Shown here one piece after another: positions 13,161 through 27,050 of a DNA stretch of 64,000 nt. The notes under the pieces are model-generated. The model searched no databases. It was not told where the DNA came from and saw nothing but the letters and a program-made list of their open reading frames with translations. The position numbers and the translations under genes were made by a program. Position 1 is the first letter of the stretch. Every line of letters begins with the position of its first letter. Source of the stretch: Octopus vulgaris (taxonomy: Eukaryota); NCBI GenBank assembly GCA_951406725.2, contig OX597821.1, positions 80,228,001-80,292,000 on the forward strand. Direction: 5' to 3'.

Positions 13161-14067
13161 AGAGTAGAAAATAATGTAGAAGAAATCTACTACTGGTACA
13201 CTGGTGGTCGCTGTGTTGGCCCAACCCAACCGTTAGCAAACACATCTAATGCTCTGGTAGTCATAGTTCCAACTGCATTTTACTTCCACGTAGCAGATGT
13301 CCATACTGCACAGTCCTATCAACTAAAGTTGATTTTATAGCAAACATTGCAAAGTATGATTGTGCGGTAGTGTCGGCATGATAGTGTTTTAGTAGTTTCC
13401 CTGTGAAGCTAGTTACTATATTTCCTCAGTTAACGATATATAAGTGTATCGCAAATTTACTAGATTTAAAATATTATTCACTAACCAAAAAGAAAGATAA
13501 TCTAAACATGAAAGAAATTTTAAGCATTTTCATTAATAAGAACTTGACAGGCCCTGGCTTTAATTTGATCATGTTAATCTTATAATTTTAGCAGTTCCGA
13601 TACATTGCACATGAGACACATTATGTAGCTTTAAAGCACGTCTATAGTACTAGAAAGCACTAATTAATCTGAAATCTAAATCTCGAAGGGGCAACACTCG
13701 ACTAACAGTACTTTGCTACAAAGTAACTCGAATGTATCTAGGATTCAAACTTCCAATTGTATACAATAAAAGCTACTTCTTCACCAAATAAGTAGGCAAA
13801 TAAAACGTGTAAACTATTTTACACACTATACGTCTAGATGCTTTCTGTTGTCTGTTCGACTGATGCGTCATTATTTGAAGAAACATAACCAGGTGTAAGA
13901 TTGCTTTCGCCGACAGAACAATTTGAAAGAATTTCTCGAGGTGTACGTTCTTTTTAGCTGTTTGACGTTTTGATGGCTGAGTGAAACAAAGCTGAATCAA
14001 TTGACGTAAAGAAAGGTGTTACTCGGCCAGTGTCGGCGTATCACTGTAGCTTAAGGTTTCACCAAGA

Positions 14068-14090
14068 CACACACACACACATACGCAGAA

Positions 14091-14137
<47 letters not shown>

Positions 14138-14268
14138 CATATATATATACATATATACACATACACACACACATATATATATATATACATATATATAAAT
14201 ATACATATATGCATATATATACATATATATATGTATATATATACATATATATTCATACATATATATGC

Positions 14269-14342
<74 letters not shown>

Positions 14343-14364
14343 TTGCATATATATACATATACAC

Positions 14365-14399
<35 letters not shown>

Positions 14400-14510
14400 C
14401 ATATATATGTGTGTGTATATATATATATACACACACATACATATATATATATACACATATATAAACATATGTATGTATACAGACACACACACACACACAC
14501 ACTCACACAT
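14068..14510. repeat. Compound (CA)n/(TA)n microsatellite, representative of many others (e.g. 31088-31620, 37902-38420, 47500-47955, 54240-54545, 60680-60980)
   Basis: Direct inspection. These tracts explain the YI/CV/HT-repeat ORFs in the ORF track. Confidence 0.98.
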
Positions 14511-16625
14511 TTATGAACGTATGCATGCAGATAATCACTTTTCTTATTTTTATATCCTTACACAGCGACATTCGATATTTAAAACGCGGGCGTCGGTTTT
14601 ATAAAAAAAATATATCTCATTTGAGTTTATCTTCAGCGACTTACAGCCTTTAATCTCGGGTTGCTGCGAAAAATTACATTAACCGTCTCCGACTAAAAAT
14701 AAACATAATCAAACGCACGCACACACACACACACACACACACACAGGCACAGATGTACACACACGCACAAACACACATAAACAAATAAACAAACAAACAG
14801 GCAGGCACGTATAACCCGCACATGAAACGTATTGTAAGGTGGTGTCTCTCAGGTTTTATGGTTAAGGTGTGTGAATTGGACGGACTGATAGTGAAGTACA
14901 GACTACGTGTTGTACTTTAGTTGAAATTCACAGCGTGAATTGATCAAAAAGATTTTTGGGGTGGAAGTAAAAAAAAAAAAAATTAAAAATAAAAAAAGAG
15001 ATAAAGAAATAAAAACAAGACAAAAGAAAAAAGCACCGGACAGGAGCAATTGCAAAAGAACGGTGGGATGTGGAAAAAGAGAGAAAAATGATACAAAAGT
15101 GAAGAGAAAGGGAGAGGATTTTTTTAAGAAATGCCCAAAGAAGACGGATCAGGAAATAGATGAAGGGAGCTAAATATATAAAAGAAAATAAAAAATGCAG
15201 ATTATGTGAGGAGAAGATGAGAGGAAGGTTATAAAAGTAATCTTTATTGCTCTTTTGGGAGCATTTTTGCTTTATTTTTGCCTTATTTTTTTAACGTTGC
15301 GATTGTATGATATCGAAGACTTATAATGAAATATCAATGTATATAACAAATGCACGCTGCACACACAAACATCTACACACTCATTAAATCGATTTGCATA
15401 TATTCACACATAGTTAAATGCGATCACACATATTCACACGAATATAAAGACACTCCCCGCACGCCAACCTCGTCGATCTACGCGGACTTTCGACGCCCGC
15501 CAGTTTCTTGTGTCTTTTAACCTTTTTTTATATTAATTCCCATGTGTCTGTGTGGGGGAGGATGCAGATATAGGGCTGTGGTTAAGACATTCTCTAAGTA
15601 GGCATGGGATTCCGGTTTCGCTCCCACTGCGTAGCACCCTTAGCAAGTGTCTTTTACTAAGTGTAATTAATCTAGTACATGGAAATTGCCTTAAAGCCAA
15701 ATATGTGTGTCAGTGTGTGTTTATATAAATATATACCCACATATATATACACATAAATATATTCATTATATGTATATATAATATATAACACATGAAATTC
15801 CCGGTCGTCTGTATCGTCCTCATAATATATATATATACATCCATTGCGTTTGTTTTTGCATATGCGTGCAGCAAGAAGGAATGATAAAACGGTGAATCAT
15901 ATAAAAATTACTGTGCACAAGACCCTTTATACCTAGGTAAATTTAGCTATTCGATAGATAAAATTTAATGAAATAAATGCCAGACAATATAACTGGGTTG
16001 GCATACTTGAACAAAACCCTGGAATGCAGTAATCCAACAAAGAGCTGCAGTCCAAAGAATGGAATTGGAAAAATAAAGAACATATGTGTTTGATTGTATG
16101 CATATGTACGTTGTAAGCAAATTCTTTGGTCAGTATAATGCAACAAACAACTGTGGAATTTTAAGTAAATGCTATATGATATTTGCTGGTCTGAACCTGT
16201 TGCCTACGTCTGATGCTCAGCATTACAGGCTGGTCTCAAGTCTGCAGGTTTAGTATATTAAAATTCTTACATTTATTAGCGTGCAAGCAGAATGGTCTGT
16301 GATGAGCTTGTTGTTAACAAACAGACACATCTAAGTTTATTTTCTTTCAGTTTTAGCTCATCCTTTATCAACCTTGTTATGCTTTAGTATCTTAAATTTT
16401 ACAATACTGCCGTACACTTGCTCTCGTTGCTAATGCTTAACTGTTAGTAAGCCAAGATGGCGTACTTTTAACTCTTTGCCTGTTATATGTACCACGTGAT
16501 ACACTGAACATATTTCCCTGGCGTCCATGCATTATATATAACACAGTTTTTTTTTTCAACTACCAGACTAACTTGGGCCTTATGAAAAGAAAGCTTTATA
16601 TTATTGAGAACGTATGAAACAAGGG

Positions 16626-16670
<45 letters not shown>

Positions 16671-16676
<6 letters not shown>

Positions 16677-16689
16677 GAGGGAATATTAT

Positions 16690-16736
<47 letters not shown>

Positions 16737-17620
16737 GAGGGAATATTATTCCTAACTTACAGGGAAAAATTCAATTTAGAAATACTAAATCAAATTTCAC
16801 AAAATATAATATATATATAAAAATTAGAAAAAAAAACACCTTTTATCAATTCAAAATGAACAATTAAATTACACCATCTAGAAAATTACATATAATAGAA
16901 ATATTAAATATAAAATAACAACAATATACCGATGATTAAGTAATGTGCAAAATAATAAATAAAACGTACATATTTGGTAGAATAATGACACGTGTTTCGT
17001 GGCTGTATTTAAGAAAGAATTATAGTAAAAAAATTAGTAGTAGTAGTAAAATCACATCGATATAAATATAGCCACTCATCAGGTTAAAAATAAACTACAA
17101 TAATAAAATTATTAATTAATAAATATACGTAAATAATCTTTTAAAATATAAATATATTCTTTAAAATAGATATCTATATATAAGATACTAAATATAAATT
17201 AAGTGAAAACTAAATACAATACTTTAAATTATATATATTAAATTAGATTATTAATTAATATGTTTATTTAATAAACATCCAAATACAGTCTAATACCCAT
17301 TAAGCAATTAATACTAAAACCTTAAAATTAATTAATATACACAATGCGGTGCCTCAGCATGGCCACAGCTCTTGAGCTGAAACTAGAATCAATCAATGCT
17401 AGTACAAGCCATTAATACTGGAATCAAAATAAGAAATGGTTCAAATATAGACACACTCATTAAATAAACTAACTATATAATTAATATATGTGTAGTTTCT
17501 ATAGATTTAATATATCACTCAATAATATAATTGACCAAAATATCAATTAATATAAAACCTAATTTACTTAAATTTAATACTACTTAATATATATACCTCC
17601 TAATTATTAAATATATATAT
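16671..17620 (-). mobile_element. AT-rich non-coding cassette inserted in (TA)n, carrying a hammerhead; probable non-autonomous PLE/pLTR derivative
   Basis: Bounded by (TA)n. The end sequence TAATTTGAGGGAATATTAT occurs twice (16671, 16731) separated by (TA)n. Contains the 16983-17086 hammerhead. Confidence 0.55.
16983..17086 (-). ncRNA. Hammerhead ribozyme motif with extended stem II
   Basis: Minus strand taac-CTGATGA-GTGGCTATATTTA-(about 50 nt loop)-TAAATACAGCCAC-GAAAC-ACGT-GTC-atta. Perfect core, 12/13-bp stem II, GUC cleavage triplet, palindromic stem III loop. Confidence 0.8.
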
Positions 17621-18949
17621 ATGAGAGTTTACGAGAAACAGGCAAAGGGTTGATGTCCATTCATAATTCTCCTGTCCTTTGTCCATACACAGTGTATCTA
17701 AGACGAAACAGTAGCAATCCCCATTATTATTGTTTACCTCTAGATCAGTCCTAATTCAGAAGACCTATGACCAAAGCATTCCAGCCGTGACCATGTTGTT
17801 TTATACTACTTATAATTATATTATGTGGTTTTTTGTATTACAGAAGGCAGAGTGCTACTGCAACGATATTTAGTTAAATTTCTACCAGTTTGAGCGACCA
17901 TTGGTTCGTAGGTTGCTTGAGTAAGTGAACTTGTTTGTTATATCTACACACTGCTTGGTGTTGTGTAATTATTTAAGGACAACTGTTGGAAGGCTGGATG
18001 TATGAATGAGTGAATGGGTGAACATTCGGGGTGAACGGGTGGATGAATGAAATTGCAAAATGGTGAAAGGTAGAACGAAGGAAATGAGACGAAGGAAAGA
18101 AACAATGAATAGCAAAGAAAAGTGAGAGGAAAGAAGAGAAATGTAGAAAGGTGCATGGAGAAAGGAAGGTAAGAAAGGAAAAGGTCATAGAAAGAGAAGG
18201 ACAATGGAAGTGCATGAAATAAAATGAGAAAAAAAGGAGACAAAAAAGGGGGGGGATATAAATAACAAAAATATTATTAAAAGAGAAAGAAGGAAAGACA
18301 TAAACAACAATGGCGAGTGAAGGGAAAGCACAAATATGAAAAAAGAAACGTACGTATGTACGTATGTATGTATGTATGTATGTATGCATGTATGTATGTA
18401 TGTATGTGTATATGTATGTATGTGTGTATGTATGTATGTGTGTATGTATGTATGTATGTATGTATGTATGTATGTATGTATGTATGTATGTATGTATGTA
18501 TGTGTGTATGTATGAGTGTGTGTGTGTATATAGTAAGTAAAAAGATTGAAAAACCGGAAGTTGTAGCATTCAAGGACATTGAGTGCAAAATGAAAAGCTT
18601 AAGTTCCCAACGCAGTATCGAAACTGGGTCGCCAATTGTCTTCATAGGGACTAACCCCTTTTGCGCTTATCCGCTCGAGGAAATCGAAATTACCGTGTTG
18701 TGAATTGGCATGACGTCTTTGTGCAAGGAAAGTAAAGTTGTTTGGTTGTCTTAGTTTGGAATGCGAACTTTACGACCTGGACGCTAGAAATTGTTTAATG
18801 TATCTCACATAGTCATTGCTGCTGTTGTTGTTCTTGTTGCTATTGCTGTTGCGGTTTACTACCATGTCAGTGCTGATTAGGTAAACCTATGATCAAAAGC
18901 ATTCCAGCTGTGACCAACCTGCCTTTATTGCATATCTCATTTACTTTTT

Positions 18950-19330
18950 TTACTTGTTTCACTCATTTGACTGTGGCCATGCTGGAGCACCACCTTTAAG
19001 TCGAACAAATCGACCCCAGGACTTATTCTTTGTAAGCCTAGTACTTATTCTATCGGTCTCTTCTGCCGAACCGCTAAGTTACGGGTACGTAAACACACCA
19101 CCATCGGTTGTTAAGCGATGGAGGGGGGACAAACACAGACACACAAACATACACACACACATATATATATATATACATATATACGACGGGCTTCTTTCAG
19201 TTTCTGTCTACCAAACCCACTCACAAGGCTTTGGTCGACCCGAGGCTATGGTAGAGGACACTTGCCCAAGGTTCCACGCAGTGGGACTAAACCCGGAACT
19301 ATGTGGTTGGTAAGCAAGTTACTTACCACA
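18950..19330 (-). mobile_element. tRNA-derived SINE, family A
   Basis: Near full-length inverted copy. Confidence 0.9.
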
Positions 19331-19929
19331 AATTAACATATCTTTTTCTACTTAAGATTCTAATGTATGATTTGAGAGGTATTACTTAAACTTTTCGCAC
19401 CTTTGGAGCATTGGCCTGCGATAGCTTTTTTTTGTACTGTCTTTGCCTCTAGATTCTCTTTTCTGTCCCTCTACTGGTTTTTCAGCTCTACCTTTCGAAT
19501 TTTGCTGCACCACGCCCAATGTTTCCCCAAGGGAAGGCTTTCTTCCCCCAGTTTTTGTTCTTTTTGAATTGTCATCAGCTTTTTTTAAATGGGGTGTTGA
19601 CCTGATGCAAATTCATTTTTATCTCTGGTAACAGGTGATCCACATTGGTTTGGCCTCTTTCTTTTCACCTGTTCTGCATGGGAGGTCCTATCTGAAGCTT
19701 GCGTCCTATGGGCATAGCTCTCATGATCAATCAGGCATATAAGCCACCTCACATAACAAGGACTGAATCTTATACACGTGCCTGTGGAATATTCCCTGTA
19801 CATTTCGCAACTGCAATTTTTCTGCCACATTCTTCGTGGTAATGGCGATTTGACGTCTATGTCTAGCGTATAGGCTGTCCACTTTAGTGGTCAGTCCTCT
19901 AAATTTGATATATATATATATATATATAT

Positions 19930-19990
<61 letters not shown>

Positions 19991-21038
19991 AAGAGAGATA
20001 GATAGATAGCTATGGAGAGATAGAGAGAGAAAGAGTTTGGTCTAGTTTGTACCGCTTAACCCAGTCACGTGCGTTTTGATGTTTGTTCCTATATTAATGA
20101 CTTCAATAGAGAACTCAAACAAAGATATAGACAAAGCCTGCGCTACTTTGAATACATTAATAACAATATATTACTGAAACACAAAGCAACAAAATCGTGT
20201 TTATCACCGTTAGAGTGCTCAATAAATCACCCTATGATCTTAAGTGTTCCAGCCATGATTTTCCAATCTTATTTTTTAGGTATAATATACCTAGGGTTAT
20301 ATTATCCAAAGTGTGAAGGCGCATGGCCCAGTGGTCAGAGTGTTGCATTCATGATTGCAAGATCGTGGTTTCAATCCCTGGACTGCGTTGTCCGCTGTGT
20401 TCTTAAGCAAGACTTTTCGTTTCACGTTGCTTTGCTATTACTTCGACATCCATCATGTGGTACACCGTGTACCTGTAGAGAAAATTCCAGTTTGATGGAG
20501 GATGTGAGCTCATGTACACCACAAGCGTTTGATCACTATAAACGAATCATCTCTGTGGGCTCTTCAGCAAGGAATTGCAGAACCTCCGCCAGCCGTTTAC
20601 GACTGGTGGAGAATCCGCCACTATCCAAACTGAAGAGCCTGATCTGAATGAGATTTCTGTTAATTCTAGCAGGTTGAGCAACTGCTAATGGCTTCCGTGT
20701 TTGGTTTCAAGACCAACGATTTCTAGATGTGGAGGATAATGAAGTCGTAATGTGTTCCTACCAATCACGATAACTTAGAAGCATAAATTTGGCGAAACCA
20801 CGACCATCACACGGTTGGGAGGTAGTTTAGTTCATAATGTTTGACACTTGCGTTTCAGATACATGTTAATAATAACAAACTTCTTGAAACAGAAATAATG
20901 AGGTTATTGACTAAAAGACTTGTAATAATTATTTCGTCTTTGCATCTACTCTGTTCAGATTTCAGGAATGACGTCATATCGTCATCCAGTTTACACTAAA
21001 GAAAATATGTACCAGATTATATTTTATGGCTTCGAAAG

Positions 21039-21095
21039 GCGGCGAGCTGGCAGAATCGTTGGTGCGGAATTTCAGGCCTAATGCCTATAGTAGAA

Positions 21096-21142
<47 letters not shown>

Positions 21143-21355
21143 CATTATGGCGTACTAACGATTATGCCAGCTCGCCATAAATCTTAGCAGCGGCATTTCG
21201 TTCATCTTTACGTTCTAAGTTCAAATTGCGTCGAGGTCGACTTTGTCTTTCATCTTTTTAGGGGTCGAGAAAAATAAGTACGAGCCGAGCATTGGGGCCG
21301 ATGTAATCAACTTACCCCCTGTACCGAAATTTGTGGCCTTGTGCCAAAATTTGTA
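21039..21355 (+). mobile_element. SINE family B (rearranged, diverged)
   Basis: Head fragment, (ATT)n, then body with the GTCGA/AATAAGTAC domain. Confidence 0.7.
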
Positions 21356-22278
21356 ATCAATAATTTATGGCATGTTTGAGCCTATTCGAGGGCTCAGAAA
21401 CCGGTTGTATTCGTTGTGTTCTAGTTCTGATTCAATTACGACCATACATACTCCTAAAATACAAATTATGCCTATACGCTTCGAAAACGAATTATAAGCA
21501 GCAGGGTTCTGTGATATTCATGCCTTTACCAGAGATGTACTAGCAGTAGCAGCGTGAGGAGGGTGGCGGGGAGATTGGAATGGTTTCAATCCGGGAAGTC
21601 TAAAATGAGGACAGTTCAGCCTCGTTGTAACAGAAGTTTACCATTTGCATTGCGAGGCTTGAGTCAAATGTGTGTTAATAATGAATGAAGGATAGTCGTG
21701 GGAAAATGTTAAAAATAATATCATCACCCCATTAAGATATGAAAATATGGTTATTAATACAATGTTTGGTTTGGTTTACCATTGTCAAGGGTCAGCTCTA
21801 TTATTCACACATGTTCACATATTTGTGTATTTACACATGCATAAAATACAATGACAAAGCGACGCTCATGAAACCACACACTTAATCGCACGTACACACA
21901 TACACTTAGAACGCATTCAAGCATACACACAAACACAGAATATATTCAAGTACACACACACACACATGTATGCATGCATAAAATACATTCAAGCATACAC
22001 ACACACATACAATAATATTTGAACACACAAAACATTTTTCCGTTTTTCATTCATGATGTTGGTACTCAGTCCACACACACATATACATGCACAAAAGATT
22101 ATGAATGCGTATATATAACTATGCGTGTGTGCGTGTACGTGTGTACATGCGTACATGCTACATATACATACATACACACACATACATACATATATATATA
22201 TTCATATATGGAAAAATATTTATATGTATAGATATATATGTAAAATCATATATATATTCCTCTACATAAATATATACT

Positions 22279-22315
<37 letters not shown>

Positions 22316-22799
22316 AAAGGTGCTCACCCAGAGAACAAGAGTAATGAAGTTGAGCAGGAAGACATCAATATGAGAAATTAGTGAAGGAGGAAGCGAAAGA
22401 AATGGCAAAGAGGCGATGGCGACCAGACAGACAGCGACACCTAACCATACGAGAGCGAATCATTTGGATGTTATTTTAATGTTGCACTTAAAATGACTTC
22501 CAACCGGTTAACCTTCCTCTTTTAAATCTATTTCACGTTTTCAACATTGTTTATAAACACTGTGTACAGTTCTTTAAACGTATAACATATTTAATAGTCC
22601 GATGCTCATGTTGACTGAATGAATATTCATTACACATTGTAATGGCGAACCGGTGGATTAATTCAGTGAATCGTTAGGCCAATGAGGAAACCACCAAATG
22701 ATGGCTCGAACAGCTAGAAATAGTAGATTATTATCCATAAACTTATAGTCTAACATCTTGAGTAAAGAATAAAGTAGGAATCGTTAACCTTTTGTGTTT

Positions 22800-23190
22800 T
22801 ATCTTTTTTTATATTGGACTGCTGCCATGCTGGAGCACCGCCTTGAATGGTTTAGTCGAACAAATCGCTCGCAATAGATATTTTTAAATGCTGGTAATTA
22901 TTCCGTCATTTCTTTTGCTGAACAACTAAGTTACGGGAAAGCAGAAAAACCAGCACCACTTGTCATGCGATAGAGGTGACAAATACACACACACACGCAC
23001 ACACATGCATGCACACACACATATACATAAATACGACGGGCTCCCACACAGATTTTTGTTTTTGTTTGCCAAATTCACTCATGGGGAATTGGTCGGCTAG
23101 GAACTACAGCATAAGAAATTTTCCCAAGGTGCCATTCAGCAAGATTGAACCCAAAACCATATGATTGTAAAGCGAGATTCTTAACCATCA
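22800..23190 (-). mobile_element. SINE family A, diverged copy
   Basis: GACTGCTGCCATGCTGGAGCACCGCC ... CCCAAGGTGCC ... GAACCCAAAACCAT. Confidence 0.7.
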
Positions 23191-23461
23191 GCGTACTTAG
23201 AGTTGATCTAACTCAATGTCTTGAACCAAAATGCTGGAGTGGGCACAGCTTTATGTGGGTCTGGTCAAACACGGGGGTCCAGGGGATGAACGACAGCTAG
23301 GACGACATCAGTAATCGATTTAAGGTCAATTTTCATTACCAGACGATTAATGATATAAATCTTATTTTACTCAGGCTCGAATCTATTATTCTCATTACTT
23401 CTCCAAACAAAAAGGTCCGAACGAACAGTTCATATCAACAGTTACACTCCCTCAAACACAG

Positions 23462-23533
<72 letters not shown>

Positions 23534-23850
23534 CCTTGCCTTCGAACGTGGAGTAGTGGCAACAGGGGCAACTGAAGAAGGGGGATATTCTTTATGTTGT
23601 ATGTCTCGTTTCTGTTATTTTTTTCGTTGTTCGAAAAAATGTCCGTTTCTATCTTTTCGTTTTTATGTTTTCGTTTCTCTTGTGTTCAACGTTTTTTTTA
23701 TGTCCTGTACCCATATATGCATGTATATATAATTATATATGAAGGTATGTACATATATGTATGTATATATGCATATATCTATATATTATTTATATTATTA
23801 TATGATCGAATGCCACGCATCCTTTTCCAAGTAAGTTTTATCTATCTAAA

Positions 23851-24065
<215 letters not shown>

Positions 24066-24364
24066 AAGAGAGAGAGGGGGGAGGAAAGGGAGAGAGAAAG
24101 AGAAGGAAAGTCTGTGCTTTGATAAAGTTAATTTATATTTTGGCGAACCAATACTTTGTGTAAATGTGTTTGTCAATCAGTCTATCAGACTATTTTGACG
24201 ATGTACGCCCTTCCTTGAGTTTCTGGTCACCCACCGTTTACATAACATACATTCATGCATATACGCACACTCACACGCACACATAAACACACACACGCAT
24301 ATATCGATACATGTGTGTATTTATATATATATATACATACATACATACATATATATATACAAGC

Positions 24365-24397
<33 letters not shown>

Positions 24398-24472
24398 TAC
24401 GTACATATATATATATAAACTTTTATATATACACATATATATACACACATACACATATATATACATACATAG

Positions 24473-24521
<49 letters not shown>

Positions 24522-24724
24522 CACACGCACACACATTTTTATTATAACAGCATTTATACATATAGCTGTGTGTCGTTTTGTATGATGCATATTTATATAC
24601 ATCCATTCAGCCATCCATACACACACACACAGACACACACACACACATATATATGCATGTGTATGTTTATACATTGTGTATGTATGTTCACACGCTTTCA
24701 CGTGTAAATTTGTTTTTGTATGAA

Positions 24725-24757
<33 letters not shown>

Positions 24758-25734
24758 GTGAGTGAGAGAGAAAGAGAGGAACCTGCTCACGTATTGACAT
24801 ATCAAACTAATACATGTGTGTAATTAAAATCGTCCTAAGTAGGGGAGAATGCAGTTCAGTCGGTAATAGTTATAACAACATGTAAAAAACACCCTAAGGG
24901 CTTTTAAACAAACCCTCTCTTAAACGCGTCACAGACATATTCCGTATGAACACACACACACACACACACACACACCACACACACACACACACACACATAC
25001 ATACACACGCACTTACTCATGCAAGCAGCAGCCAGGAAACATCGAAGGAAGACGTCAGCCATTTTTTAAAAATTGTGTTTGTTGTTGTTGTTTTTTTTTT
25101 TGACTGAGTATTTAGCATTTAACGTTTTAAAGCTTAACGAGATGTCAATGGTGACGTCATTGACACGTGATAAATATTCAGATTAATTGGCCGATAACTA
25201 ATCGTTTGTCTGATGTCTCTGGAGTTCCCATTTCTGGAAAGTACTTAAGAAGATTCATCTCGAAGGGAGCTCCGTTGATTGACAATTTAATGTCGGCTGG
25301 AGGTGACAGACATCTGAATAAATTCCGGAGTTTCCGGAGTTAGGGAAGTTTATTCATCTCTCCCTTTGTCTGTCAGTCTGTCTGTTTCTCCAACGCACAC
25401 ACACACACACACACATATATATAATTGTACGTGTACAATTACCATGTTCATGTGTATGTATGTAATATGCATATTCTTATGTTTGAATGCTACAACTCTC
25501 TCTCTCTCTTTCTCCCTGTTTCTAACTACTCTCTCTTGATACATACCGGAACACACATTTATAAGCGTATACAAACACACACACATAACAAAAAATATGT
25601 TTATACATAATGGAGAGAAGGCTAACAAACTTGCTTTAGTGAAAGTCAACAAAAAACAAAAATGGATTCAATTTATTAAACTAACATGAATAGTGACGAT
25701 ACACTGATTTCATTTATTTAAATCTTTTGTTTAA

Positions 25735-25951
25735 GTCGTTGAACTACGGTCATTCTGGAGCACCGCATTGGAGTGTGTTAACCCCATAAAGCGATCTCAG
25801 GACTTATTTTTCAAAAACTGGTTCTTATTCTACATTTTCTCTATTTCCGAACCGCTAAGTTACGAGGACGTAAACTCACCAACACCGAATGTGAAACGGT
25901 GGAGGCGGGACAGACACAAACACAAAAGTACACACACACACACACACACGC

Positions 25952-25995
<44 letters not shown>

Positions 25996-26117
25996 CAAGT
26001 TTCTATCAGTTTCCATCTACCAAATCTACTCACAAGGAACTGGTCAATCCGGGGCTACGGTAGAATACACTTGCTCACGGTGCCACGCAATGTGATTGAA
26101 TCCAAAACCACATGGTT
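25735..26117 (-). mobile_element. SINE family A, diverged copy
   Basis: CCGAACCGCTAAGTTACGAGGACGTAAAC, internal (CA)n, CCAAATCTACTCACAAGG. Confidence 0.75.
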
Positions 26118-26439
26118 TCCACGCAGACATGTCTCGGCCGATGATTAATTTTGTACAAGAAAGACAAGAGAGAGACCACTTCGAAATCCCAATTTCTACA
26201 GTTGGGAGTGTTAATCTGATCTATGATAATCATGTCGATAACTCTGGGCATGTTTTAGTTTCATCAGACCTCTTCATTAAAACACACTCTTCCTTGTATT
26301 TGCCAGACTCTACAGGACTCACAACTATTGAATGAATGACCCATAAGCGCTAACGAGTACTTTCTTCACTATAGGTGTAATATTTATTAATTTATGATCA
26401 TTTAAGCTCGCTCATATTACAGCATTTCAAAATCATATA

Positions 26440-27050
26440 TTCTCTTCTACTCTAGGCACAAGGCCCGAAATTTTGGGGAAGGGGCCAGTCAATTAGATCA
26501 ACCCCAGTACGTAACTGGTACTTGTTTAATCGACCCCGAAAGGATGAGAGGAAAAGTCGACCTCGGCGGAATTTGAACTCAGAACGTAACGGTAGACGAA
26601 ATACTGATAAGCATTTCGCCCGGCGTGCTAACATTTATTTCTTTATTGCCCACAAGGAGCTAAACATAGAGGGGAAAACAATGATAGACAAAGGGATTAA
26701 GTCGATTACATCGAAACCAGTGCGTAACTTGTACTTAATTTATCGACCCCGAAAGGATGACAGGCAAAGTCGATCTCGGTAGAGTATGATCTCAGATCGT
26801 AAAGACAGACGAAATACCTATTTCTTTACTACCCACAAGGGGCTACACACAGAGTGGACAAACAAGGACAGACAAACATATTAAGTCGATTATATCGACC
26901 CCAGTGCGTAACTGGTACTTATTTAATCGACCCCGAAAGGATGAAAGGCTAAGTCGACCTCGGCGGAATTTGAACTCAGAACGTAACGGCAGACGAAATA
27001 CGGCTACGCATTTCGCCCGGCGTGCTAACGTTTCTGCCAGTTCGCCGCCT
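26440..27050 (-). mobile_element. Trimeric SINE family B array
   Basis: Three head-to-tail repeats of the TCGACCCCGAAAGGATGA...GTCGACCTCGG body separated by a conserved CCCACAAGG linker. Confidence 0.85.

Noticed and set aside
14019-14604. Numerous long ORFs rich in YI, CV, HT and MYVC repeats here and across the window
   Set aside because: They are translations of stop-free (TA)n, (TG)n and (TATG)n microsatellites, with no protein-like complexity.
19585-19830. Cys-containing minus-strand ORF (NCSCEM...) as netrin exon
   Set aside because: No laminin-EGF or NTR pattern.
20069-20647. 192-aa ORF on the plus strand
   Set aside because: Spans a dispersed repeat and a family C-like SINE, with no recognisable domain.
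26440-27050. Regularly repeated units resembling a CRISPR array
   Set aside because: Eukaryotic SINE multimer with conserved, not unique, spacers and no cas genes.
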